A stretch of DNA of 64,000 nucleotides from an uncultured virus (IMG/VR IMGVR_UViG_3300025767_000014) (taxonomy: Duplodnaviria > Heunggongvirae > Uroviricota > Caudoviricetes), in the IMG/VR virus record IMGVR_UViG_3300025767_000014; one strand, 5' to 3'. Position numbers and translations under genes: made by a program. Each line of letters opens with the position of its first letter. Position 1 is the stretch's first letter. Below the pieces are notes generated by a model that saw only the letters and a program-made list of their open reading frames with translations, ran no database searches and was not told the origin of the DNA. Shown here piece by piece: positions 37,514 through 45,049 of this stretch.

Positions 37514-37761
37514 TAAAGGTTCCAGTGATTTTCGATAGAGTCTTCAATTTTATGGTGAATAGTTTCGTCTTGAAACAGTACTTCGAGGTCTTCGAATTCT
37601 AAATTATATTTGTTAGCGAGTTTTTCGAGGCTTTCTATAATATATACGGTGGTATTATCTTTAGCATCATAGAAAGCCTCGATTGCATAATCCCAGCCTT
37701 TTTCTGTTTCTTCTTCTATAATTGTATCTATTTCAATTAAAAGATTTTTAAGTTTACCCAT
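37513..37761 (-). CDS. Small highly acidic protein
   Basis: 82 aa from MGKLKN with about 21 D/E versus 7 K (hand count). Confidence 0.65.
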   Translation of the reverse strand: MGKLKNLLIEIDTIIEEETEKGWDYAIEAFYDAKDNTTVYIIESLEKLANKYNLEFEDLEVLFQDETIHHKIEDSIENHWNL

Positions 37762-38101
37762 TGGTTGGAACCTTTCCGGATTGTTTCCATTCACTGAATT
37801 GATATGCTGACCAGCTTTTCATGCCGCTATGTTGTGCTGCAAAGCGTGCAAGCATAAGATTAATGACTTGCTCAGTCATACTTGCAGCATCACCGAATAT
37901 CGTATCGTAAGAAACATCGGTTTTTTCGTTAATGTAGTTTTCAACAGAGACGTCGTGTGCTGCACATACTGCTGCTTCACATAGTGATATGATACTTTGG
38001 TTATTTAAATAAGACTCGGTTTTGAACATGAAGGTAAATTCATAGAGTTCTTTCTCGAAGTGCTCATAGAATTTATCAGCAATAATTTGCGGAATATACA
38101 T
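37754..38101 (-). CDS. Early hypothetical protein
   Basis: Coupled ORF. Confidence 0.65.
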   Translation of the reverse strand: MYIPQIIADKFYEHFEKELYEFTFMFKTESYLNNQSIISLCEAAVCAAHDVSVENYINEKTDVSYDTIFGDAASMTEQVINLMLARFAAQHSGMKSWSAYQFSEWKQSGKVPTNG

Positions 38102-38322
38102 TAGTGCATCGCTTTCGTATAGCCAGAGTTAAGACGGTTACGATTTGTGATAGCTTGTGCTCGCCATATGCTATCAATTTCATGTTCGTTTGATTTCATC
38201 CATTGCCATAAGAAGTTTGCGATTTCATCGCGTGTATGTGTGTTTGCTTCGGTAATAGCAAGACGTAGGAAGGGTAGATTATCAGATATCCGTGATATCA
38301 TTTCATCGTCGAGTTTAGACAT
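38101..38322 (-). CDS. Early hypothetical protein
   Basis: GAGG RBS. Confidence 0.65.
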   Translation of the reverse strand: MSKLDDEMISRISDNLPFLRLAITEANTHTRDEIANFLWQWMKSNEHEIDSIWRAQAITNRNRLNSGYTKAMH

Positions 38323-38463
38323 GTTTTACCTCAAATAATAATTGACTGCTCGGATAAGAAATAAAACAGGAAGAATGAATCCGAGTGTGGTCATGATTTC
38401 AGCTAGCATAGAACGATGAACCTTTCGATATCCGGCCGTTACTATTCCGGAATGGTTGATGTA

Positions 38464-39030
38464 TTAGTTAGAGAAGATACGATTGAAAGTAGCTTCAGGC
38501 ATATTCGGGTGTAAATTACGAGCATGTTCTACGTATTTATTGTAAGACATGTATTGTTTAGTGCGTTGTCCGTATTTGTTTATAATGTAGTGGAAGTAGA
38601 CGCCTTGCTTACGAAGTTTATCGTCATCCTGCCACTCTTGTTGTAGACGAGTGTTTTCAATTTTACGAGCTTTGCGTTGTTGAGTCGGAGTTAATCCGGT
38701 TTCGATTTGGTTACGAAGCTCGTGGTTTTCTGAAGAGTCGTGTATATAAACATCGAAGTGTGATGCGTATTCGTGACGTAGATTTGAATCACAGTTAGAA
38801 TGCAAGCGACGACCGAATTTATCACGACGTTTACCACGAGCCATTAAGCTAACACGAAGTAGTTTGCTTGGTGGAAGGCTATTGTGATTGCGTACAAATC
38901 GACGAATACTCGCATTGTGTTGAGAGATAAGTTGTTTAAGTTGTAAGAGTTGTTTGTCATCTTTAGATGTGACTGTGAACTTGTATGCTTTGATTGCATG
39001 ACGAAGTGGATTGAGTAGTGGTTTAGCCAT
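38464..39030 (-). CDS. Early basic hypothetical protein
   Basis: Start inferred at MAKPLLNP, overlapping the upstream stop. Confidence 0.65.
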   Translation of the reverse strand: MAKPLLNPLRHAIKAYKFTVTSKDDKQLLQLKQLISQHNASIRRFVRNHNSLPPSKLLRVSLMARGKRRDKFGRRLHSNCDSNLRHEYASHFDVYIHDSSENHELRNQIETGLTPTQQRKARKIENTRLQQEWQDDDKLRKQGVYFHYIINKYGQRTKQYMSYNKYVEHARNLHPNMPEATFNRIFSN

Positions 39031-39349
39031 CGTTATCACTTTCTGGTGTAAATGTAATATCAAATTCATATTCAGGTTGTAGGCCGACAATGCTCCACTC
39101 AGTTATTTCGCGTATATAACCGATACTTTCGATTAACCCGAGTTCAGATAGTATAGCAGTAGCTGTAGTTAAGTCTTCTGTAGCAAATAGCACAATACGA
39201 CAGTTATTATTTATAACTGCACTTATGTTTTGAGATTTTGCTAGTGCTATTAAGGAATAACATTCTTCGTCACTGAGTGGGTCGATGAATGTGAATTCTT
39301 TAGTTACATAAGCAACAGCAGTGACGTCGTCGTCGTTATCAGTGGTCAT
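39023..39349 (-). CDS. Early acidic hypothetical protein
   Basis: AAGG RBS; 108 aa. Confidence 0.65.
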   Translation of the reverse strand: MTTDNDDDVTAVAYVTKEFTFIDPLSDEECYSLIALAKSQNISAVINNNCRIVLFATEDLTTATAILSELGLIESIGYIREITEWSIVGLQPEYEFDITFTPESDNDG

Positions 39350-39387
39350 TTGAATACCTTTGGATGTAGGTTAACGAAAATGTAAGC

Positions 39388-39626
39388 GCTCTAGCGGAGC
39401 ACACAAGGAGAGAATGTGCTACAACGCTAGAGCTGCTATGGGAATAATGTCAGCAGTTTAATGTCATGCTGAGGACGTACGGTTATGCCAGGTTCTGAGC
39501 GAGTCTTACTCTGCCTATTAGTGTGGTATCCTGGCAACGCACTAATGAGGAATAAGGTGAGCAGTTTATCTTCGTGCTCAGGAAGTATATTATAAAGCAG
39601 AGCTGAGAAATATAGTATCAGTTGCA
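39388..39626 (-). ncRNA. Candidate structured non-coding RNA/leader with several pseudoknots
   Basis: Two covarying 39-nt repeats, an intervening pseudoknot and a long hairpin, directly downstream of a hairpin promoter. Confidence 0.5.
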
Positions 39627-39650
39627 TTGGAAAAGCGGCGATAGCCGTTG
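39627..39650 (-). promoter_or_regulatory. Candidate vRNAP hairpin promoter
   Basis: TT GGAA AAGCGGC GATA GCCGTT. Confidence 0.6.
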
Positions 39651-39672
39651 TAGTATGGATGTGGGTCTTCGG

Positions 39673-39708
39673 AAAACTGAGAGCTCACGCCGTAGCGTGA
39701 ACTCTCAG
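39673..39708 (-). terminator. Terminator after the SSB gene
   Basis: Minus strand reads CTGAGAGTTCACGC-TACG-GCGTGAGCTCTCAG-TTTT (cUACGg loop). Confidence 0.75.
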
Positions 39709-39713
39709 AGGTT

Positions 39714-40247
39714 TTAGAATGGGTCTGCGGGAGCTGCTTCTGCTGCTGGAGCAGGTGCAGTTGTTGCAAACGGTACATCAGATGCAATGCCAGTGATAGG
39801 TTCGAAGCTTGAATCACCAGTGTATTCTTTAAAGTCTGTAACTTGAACAGCTGTTAGAGAATTGCTAATGCCTTCGCGACCTGCGTTTTTGTAATACATT
39901 TGATAGATGATTACATTACCGCGAGATTCATTACCAAGCTTTGAAGCATCGATAGGCTGAGCGTCGGCACCAACTACTTTTGGAGCACCGTTATCAGAAC
40001 CATCAGCTTTGACAGCTTTGCGTTTGAGTGAGACTGTGAACTTACCAGTTGGCTTTTTGCTTTCTTTATCAATCTCAGGTTTGACGTTGAGATGATTAGC
40101 GCGCCACTCGTCGGCTGTGGTTGCATCAGTTGTTGCAATTTGCAGTTCGTATTGAGCTACACCGAAAGGTGATACAGGCTTTGCAAGCTTGGCCCAGTTG
40201 AGTTCAACATTATCAATGCGGTAATTACGAGGTTGAAAGTTTTGCAT
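39714..40247 (-). CDS. ssb: Single-stranded DNA-binding protein (T7 gp2.5-like)
   Basis: WAKL..P, LGNESRGNV and L.AVQV OB-fold pattern; flexible tail ending in DPF. Confidence 0.75.
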   Translation of the reverse strand: MQNFQPRNYRIDNVELNWAKLAKPVSPFGVAQYELQIATTDATTADEWRANHLNVKPEIDKESKKPTGKFTVSLKRKAVKADGSDNGAPKVVGADAQPIDASKLGNESRGNVIIYQMYYKNAGREGISNSLTAVQVTDFKEYTGDSSFEPITGIASDVPFATTAPAPAAEAAPADPF

Positions 40248-40349
40248 TATCTTGTTCCTTTTAGAAAAGTTTGAGGGTTTTGTAAAGATGACGGGTTTGA
40301 CTCAGAGCAAGCTCTAGTAGCACAGGATGTCGGTCTGTCGCTTTATGTT

Positions 40350-40373
40350 TTGGAAAAGAAGCGTTAGCTTCTT
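40350..40373 (-). promoter_or_regulatory. Candidate vRNAP hairpin promoter
   Basis: TT GGAA AAGAAGC GTTA GCTTCTT upstream of ssb. Confidence 0.7.
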
Positions 40374-40632
40374 TTTTATTTAGGTGATGAGCATTAAGAG
40401 CCACAAGTCGAATGTGATTAATGCTGAGAGGATTACGTATCCGAATAGTTTTAACGGCGCCATATGATTTGCACCGTACCATCAGGATATACACGATAGA
40501 TATATTCAGTCATTGAGCGTGTCCTTAGCAGTTGAGATACACCACCAGATAATGAAGATACTGGTGATAAGAAATATGGAATTGAATAGTAACATGAGAT
40601 TAGCTTTCGGTTGGAGGTTTAATTTAATACTA

Positions 40633-40656
40633 TAGGAAAAGAAGCGTTAGCTTCTT
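40633..40656 (-). promoter_or_regulatory. Candidate vRNAP hairpin promoter
   Basis: TA GGAA AAGAAGC GTTA GCTTCTT; 22 nt identical to the 40350 copy. Confidence 0.7.
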
Positions 40657-40735
40657 GTGGGTATGGATGTTGGATGTTGGTGGTTTACCAAAAATATATA
40701 TAGAGCGTTTAAGCTCTATATATATTTTAAGTAGA

Positions 40736-40996
40736 CTAGAATGGGAAGTCATCGTCTTCTTGGAAATGAATAGCAAAGAATTTTTGTATATTTTGCTTAT
40801 CATCGAAGTAGCGTTTGAAGAAGTTAGTATCGCACGCATAAGAGAGATGAAGTGACTGCTCGTCGTGAAAGATGGCATCGTAGAATTGTGCGAACTCTGT
40901 CATTTCGGATTTATAGAAGCGTGCACAGATTTCGTTAAGAATATCTTCGAGCAGGCGTTTGGGAGAATTGATAGTATCGGAAGGAAGAAGTTGCAT
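40736..40996 (-). CDS. First early hypothetical protein
   Basis: 86-aa ORF downstream of the 41042 hairpin. Confidence 0.6.
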   Translation of the reverse strand: MQLLPSDTINSPKRLLEDILNEICARFYKSEMTEFAQFYDAIFHDEQSLHLSYACDTNFFKRYFDDKQNIQKFFAIHFQEDDDFPF

Positions 40997-41041
40997 GATA
41001 TGAGACTCGCTTTATGAAGTTAGGGTTGAATTTTTATATTA

Positions 41042-41065
41042 TTGAGAGAGTGCCGATAGGCACTC
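41042..41065 (-). promoter_or_regulatory. Candidate vRNAP hairpin promoter
   Basis: TT GAGA GAGTGCC GATA GGCACTC. Confidence 0.55.
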
Positions 41066-41189
41066 ATAGTATAGTTAGAGAGTATAAGAGAAAGAATGTA
41101 TAGAGAAAATTCGTGTACAGTGTGAGTAGCTGTGAGAGTATGGTGATAGCCCTTAGGTCACTATAAGTATATATAGAGAGCGGTACTTC

Positions 41190-41237
41190 AAGTAAAGTTT
41201 AGTGTTAGTAGTATACTGCTAACACTAAACTTTACTT
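41190..41237. repeat. 48-bp near-perfect palindrome
   Basis: AAGTAAAGTTTAGTGTTAGTAGTA|TACTGCTAACACTAAACTTTACTT, with one mismatched pair. Confidence 0.95.
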
Positions 41238-41444
41238 TAGGGAATATTGAGGTTTATATATAGGAAAAGTAGGGGGTATAGAACTATAACGGGGTATGCT
41301 ATATATTTAAGTTAGATTAATCTATCCTCTAGCCTGTATTTATCTCACCCTAACCTGTATCTCTGTACTTAAAATATTCTTATAGTATGTATATTGTATA
41401 CTTATAGAGTATATAGTATATATATAGTAGGTTATCCTCCCCCT

Positions 41445-41476
41445 CTTAAAGGAGACATTTAAATGTCCCCTTAAAG
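41445..41476. promoter_or_regulatory. Back-to-back pair of phage-RNAP promoters
   Basis: (-) TAAATGTCTCCTTTAAG at 41461..41445 and (+) TAAATGTCCCCTTAAAG at 41460..41476, just upstream of TerL. Confidence 0.75.
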
Positions 41477-41499
41477 TAAAGTTAGTGAGGACTACTATT

Positions 41500-43167
41500 A
41501 TGACAGACAAGAAGGAGCTTCTAAAACTTTTAGAAGAGAAGCAGAAGCGAAATAAGTTAGTTACTTACGAGAACGACTTCAGTAGCTTTGCTAAAGACAA
41601 TATTAAAATTATTACAAAAGATGCTAGAGCTGGGTTTGTTAATTTTACTTTTAATACATGTCAAGATGAAATTAATAAAGCCTTAGATAAGCAGCTTGCT
41701 GAAACCGGGAAGGTTCGCGCTATTATCTTAAAAGCTCGGCAACAGGGTATATCAACCTACTGTGCTGGTAGAGTGTTTTGGAAAACATACTTTACACCAC
41801 ATGCTCGGTCTGTTGTTATGGCGCATGATAGTGCGACTTCAGATGCCCTGTTTACTATGAGTAGGAATATCATTAAGAATATGAATCCTATATATAGACC
41901 TAATGAGGTTAAATCAAATGCTAAAGAGATTGTTATCTCAGCACCTCACTTTCCTAAAGATACTTCAGGTGAGAGACCTGTTGGTTCTTATCGACTCTAT
42001 ACAGCTGGTTCTCCAGAAGCTGGTCGTGGTACTACTCCTACAATTGCACACCTATCTGAGGTAGCGTTCTGGACACATGATGAGAAGATCCTAGCTGGTT
42101 TGTTTCAGGGTATATCTGAAGCGCCAGGTACAGAAGTCATTATTGAGTCTACGGCTAATGGTGCTCAAGGAGAGTTCTATAGATTATGGAAAGGTGCAAT
42201 AGCAGGTGAGAATGATTACCTCGCGTTATTTCTTCCATGGTTCAGTACTCCAGAATATTGGAGAGAACCACCGGAAGGTTTTGAACGATCCACAGAAGAG
42301 GATCTACTGGTAGAGCAGTACAATTTAAATGATGGTCAACTCTACTGGCGTCGGTTGAAGATTGCTGAAGGTGGGGAATTAAAATTCCGCCAGGAATACC
42401 CGGCATCTCCCGATGAAGCCTTTATTACGGCAGGCTCTTCTGTATTTGATCCTGAGAAAACAGCTAAGCTAATACCTGTTGCTCCTGAAAAGAAAATGAA
42501 TTTTGACTTTGCAGCATCTACTTGGGAACCTTCTAATGAAGGTAAACTCCACATATGGGACTATCCAGACTGGGATAGTAATTATATTGTTGCTGCTGAT
42601 GTCGCTTTAGGGGTAGGTCAAGATTATTCAACAGCTGTAGTTTTAGATATAAATAGAAAAGTAATTGCTTTGTTTAGAGACAACCACTTAGATCCTTCTA
42701 AGTTTGGTGATCTTTTATTTTACTTAGGTAGATACTATAATAATGCATTGCTTACTGTTGAAAGTAATTCCATGGGCGTCGCCACGCTATCTCGATTAAC
42801 ACAGATGAATTATATAAACTTATATAAACAAACTAAGATCTCTTCCATCTCGAAGGAAGAAGGACAGGTACCTGGGTTTAGAACAACTCAAGTAACTAAG
42901 CCACATATTATTGGTAATTTAAAGAATGCAATTGAGAATGATGATATTTGGATTGCATCTAAAGTAATGATACAAGAATTAAAAGATTATATATCTACTG
43001 ATTCAGGTAGGACAGAGGCTGCGCCTGGTTGTCACGATGATACCGTTATGGCAGTAGCAATTGCTCTTGAAACATTACGAACACACTATGATAAGCTAAC
43101 TGTTAATAAAGTACCTTGGTCTCAGAAGTTTTCTAAAGAGAACCAAGATAACACACAGTGGCTTTAG
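41500..43167 (+). CDS. terL: Terminase large subunit
   Basis: LKARQQGIST Walker A, HLSEVAFW Walker B, ESTANG, ADVALG and HDDTVMA nuclease motifs. Confidence 0.93.
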   Translation: MTDKKELLKLLEEKQKRNKLVTYENDFSSFAKDNIKIITKDARAGFVNFTFNTCQDEINKALDKQLAETGKVRAIILKARQQGISTYCAGRVFWKTYFTPHARSVVMAHDSATSDALFTMSRNIIKNMNPIYRPNEVKSNAKEIVISAPHFPKDTSGERPVGSYRLYTAGSPEAGRGTTPTIAHLSEVAFWTHDEKILAGLFQGISEAPGTEVIIESTANGAQGEFYRLWKGAIAGENDYLALFLPWFSTPEYWREPPEGFERSTEEDLLVEQYNLNDGQLYWRRLKIAEGGELKFRQEYPASPDEAFITAGSSVFDPEKTAKLIPVAPEKKMNFDFAASTWEPSNEGKLHIWDYPDWDSNYIVAADVALGVGQDYSTAVVLDINRKVIALFRDNHLDPSKFGDLLFYLGRYYNNALLTVESNSMGVATLSRLTQMNYINLYKQTKISSISKEEGQVPGFRTTQVTKPHIIGNLKNAIENDDIWIASKVMIQELKDYISTDSGRTEAAPGCHDDTVMAVAIALETLRTHYDKLTVNKVPWSQKFSKENQDNTQWL

Positions 43168-43236
43168 AGTTCCCGTGTCCTCACTACTCCGGCGGAAGTA
43201 GGGGATAAATCCGCCACCTTATTTAAAGAGAATATA

Positions 43237-43437
43237 ATGTCTATAGAAATATTTTTAAAATGGAAAATACTTCCACGCTTTATGATGCTTGTTAGCACAA
43301 TTATGTCATGGAGATGCGCCGAATGGTTTATGGCATTAGATGCCCCAACGGCTGCTCAATCTGCTTTTGTCTCTGTTGTTATGGGTGTAATGACAGGTGT
43401 CTTTGGAATATGGATGGGACATGAGAATAAAATCTAA
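43237..43437 (+). CDS. Small two-TM membrane protein
   Basis: WKILPRFMML; two hydrophobic helices. Confidence 0.7.
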   Translation: MSIEIFLKWKILPRFMMLVSTIMSWRCAEWFMALDAPTAAQSAFVSVVMGVMTGVFGIWMGHENKI

Positions 43438-43494
43438 ATGGAAAAGAAAGCAATATAAAAGTCCCGTAGTATATTGGGGAAATGGAGAAGTAGA

Positions 43495-43770
43495 ATGTCA
43501 ATTGAAAAAGCAGGAGAAAGATTCTCTGGATATAATAAACCTAAGCGAACCCCCGGACATCCAACAAAGTCCCATGCTGTCCTTGCGAGGTCGGGTGGTA
43601 AAGAGCGACTAATTCGATTTGGTCAGCAAGGTGTAACCGGTGCTGGTAAGAATCCAACATCAGCAAAAGATAAAGCCCGTAAGAAGTCTTACTATGCACG
43701 TCATAATGCTCAGGGTAAACCTGCAGGTCCTTTGTCAGCAAAGTACTGGTCTCATAAAGTAAAATGGTAA
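43495..43770 (+). CDS. Basic hypothetical protein (conserved phage type)
   Basis: KSHAVLA..LIRFGQQG..SYYARH..YWS..KW; start inferred at MSIEKAG. Confidence 0.7.
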   Translation: MSIEKAGERFSGYNKPKRTPGHPTKSHAVLARSGGKERLIRFGQQGVTGAGKNPTSAKDKARKKSYYARHNAQGKPAGPLSAKYWSHKVKW

Positions 43771-44468
43771 TGAAGAAAAAGGGACCGCTATCCCAAGATT
43801 TAGCAAACTATGAAGATAGAATTGTTATTGATGAAGCTAAAAGAAAAATGGATGCTATGGTAAAAGATGCTATAGATAAAGGTGTAAAAGTAGATACTAC
43901 TTATTATAATCCTGAAAAACAAATTGCAATAAATAATCAAGCTTCAAAATATAATATAGATCCTAATTATATTAAAGGTCGATGGCGCTCTAACTCTGAA
44001 AACAATTTTGTTAATGTTCCAAGAACTCCTAGTCTAAGTAATTTAGCTATAATGGCTGAAGAAATGGAACATCACTTTAACAAAAATCAATTGCCTACAA
44101 ATCCAATAGAAAAAGTAGATTGGCTCTGGCGAGAAGAAGACCGGGCTAAAAATGCAGCATTGCGTACTTCAGGTGGTTTATTTCCCCAAGACTTAAAAAA
44201 CTTTGAAGGAACAAGATCATTTTATTTTAACCAATTACAAGATGAGATAGCTGCAGCTCAAATGGCGTATGATCAAGGTAAAGAAATGTCTCAACGCAAT
44301 TCAGTTTCAGATGCCCTATTAGGCTTATTTTGGGATTCATCAGCGGATGAACAAGATAGAGATAATTATAATTATTGGAACTCTCAAGGTACTACACCTT
44401 ATAAATACTTTACTAACAAATACCCACAAGTAAGATACGGGCCACTTGCTGCAAATAAGGGGGATTAA
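43764..44468 (+). CDS. Hypothetical protein
   Basis: 234-aa AT-rich ORF with a GPL motif at each end. Confidence 0.65.
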   Translation: MVMKKKGPLSQDLANYEDRIVIDEAKRKMDAMVKDAIDKGVKVDTTYYNPEKQIAINNQASKYNIDPNYIKGRWRSNSENNFVNVPRTPSLSNLAIMAEEMEHHFNKNQLPTNPIEKVDWLWREEDRAKNAALRTSGGLFPQDLKNFEGTRSFYFNQLQDEIAAAQMAYDQGKEMSQRNSVSDALLGLFWDSSADEQDRDNYNYWNSQGTTPYKYFTNKYPQVRYGPLAANKGD

Positions 44469-44472
44469 AAAG

Positions 44473-44640
44473 ATGGCAGTTAATGAAGCAGGGAATTATA
44501 CCAAACCAACAATGCGCAAGAACTTGTTTAACCGCATTAAAGCGGGTAATAAAGGTGGTAGGCCGGGCCAATGGTCCGCTCGTAAAGCTCAGATGCTTGC
44601 TAAACAATATAAAGCAAACGGTGGGGGCTACCGAGATTAA
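44473..44640 (+). CDS. Basic protein (DUF5872-like, N-part)
   Basis: NYTKP.MRK..IKAG.KGG.PGQWSARKAQ. Confidence 0.65.
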   Translation: MAVNEAGNYTKPTMRKNLFNRIKAGNKGGRPGQWSARKAQMLAKQYKANGGGYRD

Positions 44641-44891
44641 TGGCAAAGAAACCCTCACAGAAAAGTTTAAGCAAATGGACTTCTCAGAAATGGAGAACAC
44701 GAAGTGGTAAACCGTCTACACAGGGTCCGCTGGCGACTGGAGAGCGTTATATGCCGGCTTCAGCTGTGGCAAGTCTCACGTCAGCTGAACACGCCGCTAC
44801 TACTAGGGCTAAGAGAAAAAGTATTAAGGCAGGAAAGCAACATAGTAAACAACCTAAAAATGTTGCAGATAAAGTTAGAAGACACAGATAA
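44640..44891 (+). CDS. Basic protein (DUF5872-like, C-part)
   Basis: QKSL.KWT.QKWRT.SGK..GERY.P. Confidence 0.65.
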   Translation: MAKKPSQKSLSKWTSQKWRTRSGKPSTQGPLATGERYMPASAVASLTSAEHAATTRAKRKSIKAGKQHSKQPKNVADKVRRHR

Positions 44892-45049
44892 ATAACCCAG
44901 GAGCGGTAAATGTCTAGATTTGTTCATGAAACACCAAAAATGAAACCGGCTAAAAAGCCGCAAGCACCTCTTCCTAAAGCTGGTACATATACCTCAAAGG
45001 AATTGGAAAAGTCTAAACCTATATATTCAAATACCGGAGGGAAGTATTA

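Noticed and set aside
39486..39546. HDV-like or pistol ribozyme assignment
   Set aside because: The topology is suggestive, but there is no room for HDV P3/L3 and pistol consensus nucleotides were not recognised; left unnamed.
39441..39587. Mini CRISPR array
   Set aside because: Only two imperfect repeats with compensatory changes, a structured spacer, and no cas genes.
40261..40494. 77-aa ORF upstream of ssb, and ORFs 39436..39627 and 39590..39817
   Set aside because: They span promoter hairpins, terminators or structured RNA and lack a convincing RBS.
41153..41167. SP6-like promoter TTAGGTCACTATAAG
   Set aside because: Single partial match that does not fit the genome's own TAAATGTCYCC core.
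41261..41275. Sixth hairpin promoter (TAGGAAAAGTAGGGG)
   Set aside because: Has the prefix but no GWTA-loop stem.
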